A stretch of DNA of 64,000 nt from Oopsacas minuta. Taxonomy: Eukaryota > Animalia > Porifera. The notes beneath the pieces are model-generated. The model made no database searches and was not told where the DNA came from. It worked only from the letters and a program-made list of their open reading frames with translations. Shown one piece after another: positions 46,882 through 59,135 of the stretch (its first letter is position 1; the number at the start of each line of letters is the position of its first letter). The position numbers and the translations under genes are program-made. The DNA is taken from positions 248,001 through 312,000 of the forward strand of contig JAKMXF010000288.1 of the NCBI GenBank assembly GCA_024704765.1, in the 5' to 3' direction.

Positions 46882-48842
46882 CTATAATGGTAATATATGT
46901 TCATCTTCTTTAGGATTGTCAGTGTCGTCATCTGAGCTTTCAACTCCGAATTTGTCTTTTGTCACGTTTGTTTGCTAGATTGAGAAAATATTCATGTACA
47001 GCGAGGTTCCCAACTGTTTCACCTGTGGGCCCCCTACTGTTGCCTCCCTCGCTGAGGGGTGTAGCCAAATACCAACGTGATAACCATGGAAACTGGGACA
47101 TAACTTATCTTTCAACATTATGTTAGGGGAGTTGGTGAATATATTCATGTATAGAATGCTATGATTCATGGTATGTTGTATGTGATTAATATTATGTCCC
47201 CCGTACAAGGGTGTTAAAATATGAATAATCACCCTAACTACCATTCGCCATAATAGGTATTCCCATAGAATAAATAAAAATATTTACCAAGTAAGATGGC
47301 ATTGTAGGATTTCGTCCTCCACATCGACAAAAGAAATCACACCCATCCTAAAATAGTAAAAATTGTAATCAAATTCAAAATAATTTGAAATTCTCTAAAA
47401 CTAACCGCAAGGAAGTTTCCAAAAAATCTCCAAATTCCAATTAGCGGAATCTGTTCCCATCCTTTAGCTCCCATTCCAAACCTCTTAATTGATATACCAA
47501 CAAGTAATATCATAATAGCTAGAATCAACAGCACCAATAGTCTACAAGAAAATTATATATATACGAATAAATCGTGGATTTTCACACTTTTTCTGTAGTA
47601 AGCGCATATTTGAACACCAACTATATTGGTGGATAGAATTGTTACTATGAACAATATGCTATAACTTATTAAACACAGTCACACACTAACCAGAGGGCTG
47701 TTCAAAAGTGGCGCTATAAACAAGTGAACCAATTTGATATTAGGGGACAAATTTTCGAATTTAGTTTCCAACTCACATAATTACAAATATCCAGAATCCA
47801 TTAACAGAGTATGCTTCAGGTACACAAACCAGACCAGTTTCTGCTATAAACAAATATGAACACAACTCTACGTCTTCTCTGTCTTCCTCTATGAATTGGT
47901 ATTTTACCTAAAACAAATAGTGAGTGTTCATGAAATTCCTGACGGTTGCCATGGTAACACTAATATTATACAAATATGAACATACACTTGTTCCTTGGTT
48001 CTTATCACATACAAATACTATACGAGCAGATCTTTTGAGTTTACCACAATGTGAAGTGTAACTACTTCCATTGAAGAACCATATTTCTGCCCAGTCTACA
48101 TACGCTTCTTGTTGATCACCTAAGAGAGTAGTAAACAATCATATTTAAAATAGGCGTCACTATGAGTTACATGCCCAAATTTGGCGTCTTAATGTCTAAA
48201 GGTGTGAACAGGAGGGTGAATACTATTTCACCCGAATAACCGGAAGCTCTATTCAGCTGTCTATAATACCTGGGGCTATCTGCATTGCATCTGTGGTACC
48301 GAGACACCTCTCATCTTTATATTCATTCTGGTATAGCTTATCCTGTCTAATAGCACAATTTTTAACATTAGCCACTGTGCCTAGTGAACTACAAACTGTC
48401 AGAGTATATCTGTAGGGCTCCTCTGCATCAGGCTTAGGATATAGGATCACCTCACTAAGGGGAGTAGTAATAAGGTGTTTTGTTTGTTTGTTAATTTTAC
48501 AATAAACCTTCAGCAACTCGAACAGATTTTGATTACCCTGAGTTACCAGATGTTAACTGTATTTGTTTGTTTATTACTCTATTTGATTATTTACTTATTG
48601 TTTGTGCTGTTTGTGTTGTTTATTTATTAATTACAAAACACCATAACTTACTCCATATTAGCAAACTGTTTGAGCATATTAGCGATAACATCATTCTTCT
48701 TCTGGAATCTGCTACACACATTAGTTATGTCCGTATTCTCCTGATCAGGTGGGAGAGTAGTATCTCTCACAGGACGGACATGTGCAGAATTAACAGATAA
48801 CAAGCATACTACTGTTAGTAGTAGATTTGTATTGTAATGCAT
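46882..48842 (-). CDS. M6PR: Cation-dependent mannose-6-phosphate receptor, about 7 exons
   Basis: Signal peptide; one MRH domain (HCGKLKRSARIVFVC, IEEDRE, CSYLF); TM; GAKGWEQIP...NFLADGCDFFCR; acidic tail ending EDEHILPL (compare DDHLLPM). Confidence 0.9.
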
Positions 48843-48879
48843 TACAAGCTAATTCTACTGGTTGTTAGGGGGAAAATAC

Positions 48880-49015
48880 AGCGTATACCGGTTATAAGAC
48901 ACCCTTGGGAGTAGCAATACATGCTCTTATAACCGGTATAAATATACAGGAATATATATGAGAACGGTTTTCCAGAGGATGGTGCTTATATCTGGTATGT
49001 TCTTATAACTGTAGA
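48880..49015. mobile_element. MITE family B, reference copy. Other copies at about 11660-11790, 18492-18558, 19990-20040, 27097-27243, 32570-32703, 55035-55165, 63547-63662
   Basis: Recurring ACCGGTTATAAGAACACCCTTGGGAGTAGCAATACATGTTCTTATAACCGGTATAAATATACAGGAAT...GAGAACCGTTTTCCAGAGGATGGTGC with an internal palindrome and TACAGT/ACTGTA ends. Confidence 0.8.
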
Positions 49016-49614
49016 CAGTAGGCTCCGTTAGAATAAGCCATTATTGTTTAAGACTCATCCGCTTAGCGTGGTCATATCTCGGAAACTAGGAGTCAGTTAT
49101 ATATGCTTAATATTGCAAAAATGTAGGTCAGGTTGTCCTCTTCCCGAAAAATCGTGTTTTTGGGACAATTCATACACTGTACAGGGTCACTTCGGGCCAT
49201 ACCATTGTCCCTTCTGTGCAAAATCCGAACTCGTCAATGAGAATTTTTACATTCAAACAAATATCCAATATATTCTATATATCCAATATATTCATATATT
49301 ATGTCTAACGTAACCTGTTGTATGTAGAAATGTGACTTATAAGTATTCATGATTCATTCACGTGTTTAAGAAGATTTATCAACTCTCATAATGTAATCGC
49401 TAATTCTTATCAATCTCTACCCACCAGCACGGACTGAAGGAGAGAACTTGATAAGAAAGCTTCATTTTTTCGATATTCAAACATTCCAAAATTCCGCTGG
49501 CCTGTAATCAGTGAAAAGTATTTTTAACGTCTTAAAAGATTCCTTTAATCAATATTTAAGGAAATTATTATTGGACTCCCTCGGAGGTAAGGTCATAAAA
49601 CGTCAAATTCCTAA

Positions 49615-49702
49615 TACAGTGGAACCTCGTTAATACGAATTTATGGAAAAGGGAACACATTTTGACGGTCGGTTGGTGTTCGTATTCACGAGGTTTCGCT
49701 GT
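49615..49702. mobile_element. MITE family E. Also at about 35090-35130, 37040-37135, 45262-45285, 45960-45990
   Basis: TACAGTGGAACCTCGTTAATACG ... CGTATTAACGAGGTTTCACTG terminal inverted repeats. Confidence 0.7.
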
Positions 49703-49822
49703 ATACACATTGGTAGTTAAGCTGAGACATATGATAATACAGTAATAGCAATAGAATTGAATGATTGTTAATTGAATTTATTGACAACAAACAATAACAA
49801 CAATATGAACTAGCAAACATTT

Positions 49823-50806
49823 CTAAGCAGTTATGGGATTACCCAATCCTGGACTGTGAAGGTCTTTCGTGAGTGGTAAAATTGGCTTTGAGTCAACCAA
49901 TCGATTCAATTTCATTCGATTATACAAAAATACACCTGATATCGCTATACACATTCCGAAGATGGTTGTCATGGTAATGGGGTCTTTGAAGAAGAAAAGT
50001 GAGCCGCTAATGATGACGATACGTTTTGTGACGTTCGCGACTGAATAACTTAAGGGGGAGAGATTAGAAATCACGAAAAACGCGAAAATATTCTGACCAA
50101 CATTCGAAATCGCCGCCAGCCCTAAAAGCGTCCAAATTCGGCTAATATTTTCATAATCAAATTCCGGAGCTCCAAAGAAAAGGACTTGGCCGTCAACAAT
50201 CACCCAAATTGGTATAAACAAAACTAAAGCTATTAATGTTATGTGTTCTAATAACTGTAACTGGTGAACTTCAATATCTTTCATAGCCTTTTTGGAATAA
50301 ATATTCTGTAATGTGAATGCGCCGGTTGATATTAACGCATTCACCACGCCGAGCATGTCGATAACAATATCTGAAATTGTAGCCATGAGGACACCGCAGA
50401 CAATTGGAACTAAAGTCAAATAAACCGCGACACTCTGAGATTCATTTAGAATCAATTTGGAAAGGAACACAGTGAACACAGGACTCGTTGCCTTGACTGT
50501 ATGCGAATATGAAACCGGTATATGAAGAATTGAGATGTGTGACGAAACACTTGAGAATATTTTCCCGATGGACAAACCCATTAATCGTCTATAATAAACC
50601 TTCTTTTGGCTACCTGTACCATGGATACCATTTGATCTGGTTAAGATTAAAATGGGACGGACACAGACTACAATTGCTATAAAATGAACTAAAGTTATTG
50701 AGAAGGGGTAAGGGAATATCATCAGGACTTGCTTGGAGAATAGGTTGGTACCTGTACTGAAGGCATACCATAGTATACAAAGCGTTACTATGTAGAAATT
50801 CTGCAT
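49823..50806 (-). CDS. SLC35E1: Solute carrier family 35 member E1 (TPT family), intronless
   Basis: FPYPFSITL, VPVSYSHTVKATSPVFTV, LQNIYSKK, SPLSYSVANVTKRI. Confidence 0.9.
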   Translation of the reverse strand: MQNFYIVTLCILWYAFSTGTNLFSKQVLMIFPYPFSITLVHFIAIVVCVRPILILTRSNGIHGTGSQKKVYYRRLMGLSIGKIFSSVSSHISILHIPVSYSHTVKATSPVFTVFLSKLILNESQSVAVYLTLVPIVCGVLMATISDIVIDMLGVVNALISTGAFTLQNIYSKKAMKDIEVHQLQLLEHITLIALVLFIPIWVIVDGQVLFFGAPEFDYENISRIWTLLGLAAISNVGQNIFAFFVISNLSPLSYSVANVTKRIVIISGSLFFFKDPITMTTIFGMCIAISGVFLYNRMKLNRLVDSKPILPLTKDLHSPGLGNPITA

Positions 50807-50993
50807 TTACTAATTCAATTACAAATAATTCGATAGTAATTACGTTACAGCATAATGCAGTGTAGCTTCCACAAACGGGTTAGTATATCTCGCCGTGCCT
50901 GGCACTCCATTGGTGGATGTTACACTATACTTAATTCACAAAATATCAACAACAACAACAACAACAACAACTAATTGTTTACTAGCTATTGTC

Positions 50994-53900
50994 CTATTCT
51001 ATTTTCATATGTGAATTATTCTTCAAATTAACAACAAATAATACAAACAAAGAGCTAATACAATATCCAAATGAAGCTAGCATTGGCAAATTATAATCCA
51101 ATTCATACATCACACCTGCTAAACCAGGACTGAGTATTTTAGCCATCGACCCCACGGATGTTATGAGACCAATCGCGACCCCTCTGTCCCCCACAGAGGT
51201 CCGAGAAAATAACAAATTCAAGTGAATCAACCTGAAAAGCATTGACGACGACTCAATTAAGAAAAGAGCTAAAAATAGCACTTTAACATCTAATAATAGT
51301 ATCAGTAAGTAACCTATAGCACATATAAAAGTGAAATGGGTTGCTATTATGATATTATTATTATTGTAGAAATGTTTTAAGATTGTATTCGTGCTTCCTG
51401 CCGCGATTATGGCACAGACAGAATTGAATGCCATTATATAACCACATTCGCTTAAAGTGAAACCATAATTTTCTTCTAAAAATAGCATCAAATTTGAGTA
51501 ATAAAGAACTTCCGATAATTGCTGTACTAGTTTAAGTAATAGAATATCCCAGTAACGGGATAGTAGCGATGGAATGTTGTTAAAATTCGGTGTTTTTGAT
51601 TGGGTGCGCGGGATATTTTCTCGAGGTGTTGGTAGGAAAAATACAAAAATAGTTAGAAATAAGAAAGTTAACGTGATAACAATCGCAGATGTAAGAAATG
51701 TGTCATCATATGTAGCTAAGTGTCCACCAATGATAACACCAATAGCTGCACCAAATGTTACACTAGACGAGAATACCCCCATAACCTCTGTGAATGAGTT
51801 AGCAGGAGTTATGTCGGATAGATATGCCTTTGAGAGAAGTATACCTTGCTTGAAACTACCTAGAGGAGTAATTGGAATGTTAATTCGAGAATTCCATATT
51901 GTAAATAAACCCAAAGCATCGGATCCCACATGTGAACTCCCCTGACAACGCCCGTGGGCTATTAAGGGGACCACGGAAGCTTGGGAACACTGCCCTCGGA
52001 AATCAGAACGATATCAATTTTGTTACCCCAACTTACCAGAAACAATTCGAGCCATAATAAACCCAAAGTAACTTGCAGTAATAGTAAGAGCAGCATAGCC
52101 TAGTGTTGATATGAAATAGCAGATCAGCATGATACGCTTACGACCATATTTATCACTTAATCGTCCCTACAAAATACAAATAGTGATAATAATTTTGAAA
52201 TACAGAAGGACTCCGGTAATCTGTACTACGTCTTCGGAGCAAAAAATTTACAGTCATATCCCGTTACATCGAAGCTCAAGGGACCGTGATAATTACTTCG
52301 ATCTAACTGATGGAATATGTGTTACTTTGAAGGTTTGGGACCATGTTTGTACAATTTCACACCTCGATATAAGCGAGTATTCCGATATATCCGTGTTAGA
52401 TATCTCGGGAGTTAACTGGTAACTTGAAAATATGAAATATATAAATGTAATCAAAATAACTCAATGAAGAAACAAGGCTTGTACAACTAGGATACAAGGT
52501 AGGCAATAAAGTATGGTTTCTGTCTCGTAAACACAAACATTTACTTGTTGTTCACACCATACTTTCCGTATACACCCTGACAACAATACTTCCAGATTGG
52601 AATGTGATAATACTGTCCATACACGGATATTTGCCATATTAAGGTTCAGATTGGGAAATTTAGATTTTATTTTGAATAAGTGAGAACTGAATTCTTTCTC
52701 AAATATTTCGAATGGTATTTCTCCAATTTGTTGTTGTTGACATATTCGTATTGTTAAGCCAACACCTTCACTTTTCGTGCTAAAACCAGTAACAAATGCG
52801 TTAAAATTGAAATCCACAAGTTGAAAAGAGTGTTTTTCTGAATCGGTGAAAGCTGGATTTGTCAAACTTGTCATTTGCCATTCGCAATCTGCATTTTTCG
52901 GCAATTTTGGTACTAGAATGTAATTCATGTGTTTCCCAGTTTCTGCCCCATAAAATGTGTTAAATACGACCTGACAATGTTCTAGGATATTCCTGTTAGT
53001 TCCATAACAAGATCCAATTACAAAACACGTGACTTCAGAATTATTAGCTTGCAATACAGTTTGACAATGTTGAAGACTTAATTGTGGTTGCATAGAGACA
53101 TCAGCTAATTCCATTAGAGAAGAAATAAGACCGATTTGGCCGGCGACGAACACCCAACCGCCGGCGGTGTAGCATTGGGCGTATGGTCCTATATTAGCTG
53201 GGGCCCAAAAGGAACGAGATTGTACATGCATGCATGCTGTATCCTCCCCGCGCGTACCGATTAACTCGAGCCTGCAAATCGTCCCAGCATTTGATAGCAT
53301 TTGTATCTGTAAACAAACTCTTGATGGGGGCTTTATACTGAAATAACTCGAGTATATTTTGTTAATAATTGCGTAATTATTCATTTCTGATAAGAATAGA
53401 TTTGTGTGTATAATGTGTGAGAAATTGAGTTGGTTCTGGTTTAATATGGAACCAATTTGTTGCATCATATTTTTCACACCTTTTGCTAAATCAGCTGACT
53501 CGAAATATGCAACTAAACTCAAACAAAAATATTTCTCTCCAAAGCTAGTATTATTCCCAAATTCTAAAATTTCTGTATTTATAGCTGTGACGAGTTTGAC
53601 CGTTTGTGAAGTAATCAACTCAGATTTTCTAGAATATTCTAAAAGCTCTTTGTGTAGAATTGGGGGAGTCCGAGGCTTTGGAAAATTTTCACAGTCTTTA
53701 TCCTCTAAATGCAATTTTAATATTTTGATATAACCAACAGGGCTATAAGGGTCTTTGGAAGCGATTACAGATTGAAATTCGTCGAGTACAACTTTTCTTT
53801 TAAAGAACGGCGCGTTGAGTGTCAGCGTCTCGTACTCACCTCCTTCTCCACAGACATTCAATCCGCACTCTCCTCCAAGTCGGACGAATTCCCCCTCTAC

Positions 53901-55211
53901 CTCTGACAAGCGTTTGCCTAAATGTCTATCCGGTTTCAATCCCAGAGAACCGATTTTTACGGTGATAGCATCCACCCCTGAATTAATCATATCATGAAGT
54001 AACACCTCTTGATTAAGGCGCCATAAATAGGCTAGCGAAACTAAACCGAGGCGATTACAAACATTCTCTACTCTCAATCGTTGATAGTTCGACAGAATAG
54101 CCCCTGATGAAACACCTTTAACCTCTGGGTGTTTGGTTAAAACTTGAACCAGTAATTCATACAAATCTTCAATCTCATCATCGAGTGTTTTGTCATAAAA
54201 CAATTCAGTGCTTTTTGCGATTCCTTTCGTCCGTATTTGGTATAAAGGAAGGTCGATTGCTATAGCGATTACCTCAATCGTTTCATGTCCGATCGATTGG
54301 AACATTAAACTATCAATCTCACCGTCAATATATGGCTGTATGTTAGCTAGCGCTACGATCTTGTGTCCATGGTTCATACAATGAAGTACGTTATAAGAAC
54401 TGTCCTTACCTCCGCTAATTAATGCTACTACTTCCATTGCTAAATAGTAACATGTAAATTATGTTCAAATTCTCCCCAGTCAGATTTGACCTCTGTACAC
54501 GCCCCAGGGGCCCGGGGGGTTATTATGTGTCGAATCCCTATCCTACATAATTAACTTACAATAACCGGAGAGGATATGACTTGAAATAATCCATATACAG
54601 ATCCTAAAAACAAATAAACATGTGTAGGCCTTGAAATCTGAGAGATATGTGAATTCGTTAAGATATTAATACAGAAAAATCTCCACAAATGAGGTATATA
54701 TGCTACCCAGTTTGTGGAGAATTACACTTTTGTATAACTTTACATCTGCATGCCAAACCTCAAGGTTCTAACTCATACCGATTACTCCATCAGCTCAAAA
54801 ATGTTCCCAATTTGGTGTTCCACGGACGACAACAGGACTCCATATATTGTAGTAAATTGGGAACGGGGTCTATGAGTGAAAAACGTAGGGAACAGCTGTC
54901 TTACTATACAGCAATATGCTATTACCAGCTAATCCTGTCCACTTAGGAGAACAACCAAAATTCTTCCCATATTGATTCATATAAGGAACGAATACAGACA
55001 CACTTCCCATATCCTAAACAAAAAATTGAATTATAGTAGACTCCGGTTACAGTTTAGGCCGGTTATAAGACAGAACCCCTTCGGGAGTAGCAATACACGT
55101 TCTTATAACCGGTATAAATATACAGGAATATGCGAGAACCGTTTGCCAGAGGATGGTGCTTGTACTTACCAGAAATCCTATCAAATAGAAGTAATAGCTC
55201 TGTAATAACAT
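50994..55211 (-). CDS. MFSD9: Major facilitator superfamily transporter MFSD9-like, 5 exons (55211-55170, 55013-54926, 54603-54560, 52166-52037, 51859-50994)
   Basis: Spliced product YLIGFLDMGSVSVFVP...GSVYGLFQVISSPVIGRLSDKYGRK...ARIVSGSFKQGILLSKAYLSD is colinear with MFSD9; all phases are consistent. Confidence 0.85.
52461..54437 (-). CDS. DPH6: Diphthine-ammonia ligase with C-terminal RidA/YjgF-like domains, intronless, nested on the same strand in MFSD9 intron 52167-54559
   Basis: VALISGGKDS, DSLMFQSIG, SGAILSNYQRLRVE, CGEGGEYETL; then PPSRVC and HVQSRSFWAPANIGPYAQ. Confidence 0.93.
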   Translation of the reverse strand: MEVVALISGGKDSSYNVLHCMNHGHKIVALANIQPYIDGEIDSLMFQSIGHETIEVIAIAIDLPLYQIRTKGIAKSTELFYDKTLDDEIEDLYELLVQVLTKHPEVKGVSSGAILSNYQRLRVENVCNRLGLVSLAYLWRLNQEVLLHDMINSGVDAITVKIGSLGLKPDRHLGKRLSEVEGEFVRLGGECGLNVCGEGGEYETLTLNAPFFKRKVVLDEFQSVIASKDPYSPVGYIKILKLHLEDKDCENFPKPRTPPILHKELLEYSRKSELITSQTVKLVTAINTEILEFGNNTSFGEKYFCLSLVAYFESADLAKGVKNMMQQIGSILNQNQLNFSHIIHTNLFLSEMNNYAIINKIYSSYFSIKPPSRVCLQIQMLSNAGTICRLELIGTRGEDTACMHVQSRSFWAPANIGPYAQCYTAGGWVFVAGQIGLISSLMELADVSMQPQLSLQHCQTVLQANNSEVTCFVIGSCYGTNRNILEHCQVVFNTFYGAETGKHMNYILVPKLPKNADCEWQMTSLTNPAFTDSEKHSFQLVDFNFNAFVTGFSTKSEGVGLTIRICQQQQIGEIPFEIFEKEFSSHLFKIKSKFPNLNLNMANIRVWTVLSHSNLEVLLSGCIRKVWCEQQVNVCVYETETILYCLPCILVVQALFLH

Positions 55212-55216
55212 AACTA

Positions 55217-55855
55217 ATGAGTATTCTAACAAGAGTAGAGAGACTGGGGGTAATACACTACAGACAATCATTACAGTACCAGTACAAACTGAGTAGAGAT
55301 ATACAGAACGGAGATATTAACAGGATTCTTATCTGTCAACATCCGCCGGTATATACGCTTGGCAGACGACAGAAAGGGCTCCAGACGCCCCAGACCCAGG
55401 GGGCCGAAACGATCCTCACAAACAGAGGGGGGCTATCAACATTCCACGGTCCTGGACAGCTTGTTTGTTACCCCATATTAAACCTTACAGCCTTAAGAAA
55501 CGGGAAACATATTGGCGGAATTCGCTGGTACATAAAATGCTTAGAAAATGCAGTAATTAACACCTGTAGAGAGTTTGACGTCGTCGCAAATACAAATGAG
55601 CACGTCGGTGTATGGACTGGAGGTGAAAAAATATGTTCTATAGGTGTACATATACAGAGAGGTGTTACTATACACGGGTTAGCACTAAATTGTAGTACAG
55701 ACTTAAGCTGGTTTGATTCAATAGAGCCTTGTGGCATTGTTGACTGTAAGGTGACAAGCTTATCTAAAGTTTGTGAGAGGATTGTTAGAGTAGAAGATGT
55801 GGTGGATATCTTATTGGAGAATTTAAGGGCATTATTGGGAGTAAAGTTATGCTAA
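55217..55855 (+). CDS. LIPT2: Octanoyltransferase (LipB family)
   Basis: CQHPPVYTLGRR, RGGLSTFHGPGQLVCYPI, KICSIG, HGLALNC, IEPCGI. Confidence 0.92.
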   Translation: MSILTRVERLGVIHYRQSLQYQYKLSRDIQNGDINRILICQHPPVYTLGRRQKGLQTPQTQGAETILTNRGGLSTFHGPGQLVCYPILNLTALRNGKHIGGIRWYIKCLENAVINTCREFDVVANTNEHVGVWTGGEKICSIGVHIQRGVTIHGLALNCSTDLSWFDSIEPCGIVDCKVTSLSKVCERIVRVEDVVDILLENLRALLGVKLC

Positions 55856-56030
55856 TTGTTTATTTCTTTATTTGTTTACTTGTTTATTCATTCGTTTGCT
55901 TGCTTGTTTGTTTGTTTGTTTGTCTGCATGTTTGTATGTTTGTATGTTTGTTTATTCATTCGTTGGCTTGCTTGTTTGTCTGTCTGTTTGTTTGGAGTTT
56001 ACTGCCTGATTATTTGTTTGTGTTTATTGA
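55856..56030. repeat. Degenerate (TTTG/TTTA)n microsatellite right after the LIPT2 stop. Shorter (TTTG)n/(TTG)n tracts at 1563-1610, 16118-16143, 50945-50972
   Basis: Directly visible tandem tetramer runs; they explain the spurious CLFV-repeat ORFs. Confidence 0.9.
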
Positions 56031-56225
56031 TGTATTCTAAATATGAACTATCTGAATACTCAAAAGTACCCTCAGTATTGTGTAACAGTATTGGCAGGTG
56101 TTTTCATTAATGTTTGTGTTCTTTTTTACAAGTAATAATATTCAACATTAATTAAGTAAATAACAGCGATAATATACGCATGACTATATACAAACGGAAG
56201 TTCAAATTATTGCATTCCAACCAAG

Positions 56226-59135
56226 TTAATTGGTTGCTAGTTTCATTGGCATTTCAAAATGAGCGACGAGTGGGATATGATCGGAGGGAACATGGACATT
56301 CGGACAGCCGATAGATTTAGATTCTTTGATCCAATCTTCACATAAGGGGGCTAAATATAAAGTGGGAAGGAAATAGCTTGAGCTGTATAGAATGTAATCG
56401 ATCTTGCCTTTAAAAGTGAATGTATAATTCGTGAAAGGAAAACTCAAATCGTCAACTGAATTAAAAGAGAAAGGATGTGATATCTCGTGTTTATACTCAC
56501 TGGATCCGTTTCGTATTTGAGCGCAGTATCTTGTAATGAATCCTTCATATCCAAAATTCTTAAGCTCTTCATGATCAGCTCGTATTCTTCCGTTAAGTAA
56601 GAATTCCATTACGCTAGAATCTGGTAACGAATTGAAGTCCCCACAGAATATCATAGGAATACGCTTCAATGGATCTGTTCCAATAGAGTAGCCTAAACAT
56701 AGCATACAGTCAACTCCTGATGTATCGAAGCTCAAGAGACCGCGATAATTACTTTGATACAACGGGAATTAACTGTCCAGCTGTATATGTATATGTTTCA
56801 CACCCTTACTAACCTAAATTTTGTTCCTCAACCAATCTCTTTACAATGTCTGTCAGTTCGTTCATAAACAGTACAGCTTGTATTAGCTTAACGTCAGAAT
56901 ACTCAGGATCCCAGTGCATATGAGCATTTGACACTAACAAATGTGTTTCGCGCTTTTTGACACTATCACTCCTATCATCTAGTTTCAGTTTCAATAAGGC
57001 TACTAGTCCTATATTGTCCTTCAGCATTACTCTGTTTAGCATATCATCTGAGCCCTCTGAGTTAGCTATAGCTAGCTGGTTGAATTCTACACTAAACTTC
57101 TCAACCAAACTGAACCTATGGAATGTAGAGTTAATAAGGAGCTCTGATAATACTACAGGATGTCTCTGCTCTGAAGGGTACACGAAGAGTACCGTGGCCC
57201 ATGAGAGGGGGGTCAATTGCCCCCCCCCAAAGGTTGTGAACACCAATCTAACAATTCCAGAAAATTTTGTAAATATTTCACTCACTTAGACGTGTTAAAA
57301 AATATAGCGCAGCCATCCACGAACTTCCTGTCAAATTCCTGCATAGTCTTAGCTCTTGATTTAGGTGTGAATACTCCGTCATAACCGGATTCTCTTAATT
57401 TTGGGAGAAAAAAAGTGTTGAATTGATCTGTCTCTACTTCCTAGTGGTAAACAAGTAAATACACAAGTAAACAAACAAACAAACAAACCTGTAAACAGAA
57501 CACATCTGCTCTAGATTCTTTCATCTCTCCGAATATATTATTCCTTCTATATTCCCACTTTAACGCCCAAGTAGGACAATATCCATATACTTGTCTGGTG
57601 GCGTATTTATCACATAACACGTTATAGCACATTACACTGAAGTTAACTACACACATGATAGATACGATAAATATCTCCCAGAGGTGATTATTCACATTTT
57701 AACACCCTTGAACGGGGGACATAATATATACATGTACATTAAGTGCTTCTGTGACGTGTTATGTCCCAGTTTCCATGGTTACCTCGTTGGTATTTGGCTA
57801 CATAAATATGATTAATTTTTAAACTTACACTCGTCTGAATGATCTTTGTAATTTTGTGTTCTAACCCATTCCCTCTCAGGTGGTTTATGTGTACCTAGAG
57901 GTGTGAAAATTGTGTCACATATATAAACAAAAACAACAAACAACATACATGGGAGGTTGTCAAGTAGAAATGAAATCAACTGCGGAATCCCGTTAGTATC
58001 ATTAACCGTCTGTAGTACTTCTTGTGGGAGAGGATTACCGGAAAGGGTAAATACTTGTAACAAAAAAAGCTTCCCGAATTCGTATGGAATAACTCTAAGG
58101 TTATTATTGGAAAGTAATAGTTCTCTGAGTTGGATCATGTCACCAATTTCTGGCGGGAGTTGTATCAGTTTGTTGTCGGATAGGTCGAGGTGTTGGAGAC
58201 ATTTTAGGCGGGAAATGTCAGGTGGTAGGTGTGTGAGATAGTTTCCACCAAGAAACAGAGATGTGAGGTGAGTTAACTAGATTAGAAAGGTGTCAAAATA
58301 TGAATACAGTCAACTCCCATTATATAGAACGCGGATATATCGAAGGGTGAAATTATACAAATATGGTCCCAAAACCGTCAAAGTAACATATATTCTATCG
58401 GTGATATCGAAGAAATTATCACAGTCCCTTCAGCTTCGATATAACTGAGCTGACAGTGTAAAGTACATTTCCCTTCAGGGTCGCATAAGATGAACTCCCA
58501 TGGTACCAAAAATCTTGTAATAATAAGGATACCATAAACTGGGGCTACTTTGGCCCACTGGGTTTGCTTTAGCCCAAATATCAAAGCTCCAAAGAAACTA
58601 GATTAGATTCAGTATTATACTTGAAAATGACTAACCATATGTTTAACAAATTTTCCAATATTGGTAGACAATCTCGAATACAAATACAATATCTATTCGA
58701 TACATAAGCAAATTTCAATATTTGGGCTAAGGCAAACCCAGTGGGCCAAAGTAGCCCCAGTTTACGGTACTTCAAATTAAGTGAACTTAATTAAAACCCT
58801 ATTGGCATGATTGTATTGGGGGACTGGCTTGGTTCATAATAAGCTACTAACGGCAATGAGAAGTTATGACGAGTACTTGGTGTATATTAATACATACGCC
58901 AATTGTTCATTCAACATACCTTGAATAAATCAGCTGATAGATGTCTAATAGGTCCTTTGATCTCTAACTCTGTCCATTTTATTATTTGCTTGTTCTCAAC
59001 TTCTGTGTGGTTTTCTCGCTTCTTTTTCTGGCTACCCTGATGGAACCTGTATGTCTCTGTCAGTGATAGTCCATGCGTATACGAGGGAGCCATTTGATAT
59101 TGGGGGAATACGTTCGTTTGCTGAGTAACTTGCAT
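56226..59135 (-). CDS. CNOT6: CCR4-NOT deadenylase subunit 6 (LRR + EEP), multi-exon
   Basis: WTELEIKG; LRRs (LQHLDLSDNKL, LRELLLSNNNL); MCYNVLCDKYATRQVYGYCP; NAHMHWDPEYSDVKL; CGDFNSLP; IDYI; PSDH. Confidence 0.93.
58530..58769. mobile_element. 240-bp MITE with about 55-bp near-perfect TIRs and TA TSD, in a CNOT6 intron
   Basis: Left arm ACCATAAACTGGGGCTACTTTGGCCCACTGGGTTTGCTTTAGCCCAAATAT; the right arm is its reverse complement with about 2 mismatches. Confidence 0.85.

Noticed and set aside
52129-52422. 97-aa ORF, and related ORFs at 5762, 58378 and 61999
   Set aside because: Translations of MITE family A.
55849-56110. Cys/Leu/Phe/Val-rich ORFs resembling membrane or metal-binding peptides
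   Set aside because: Translations of the TTTG microsatellite.
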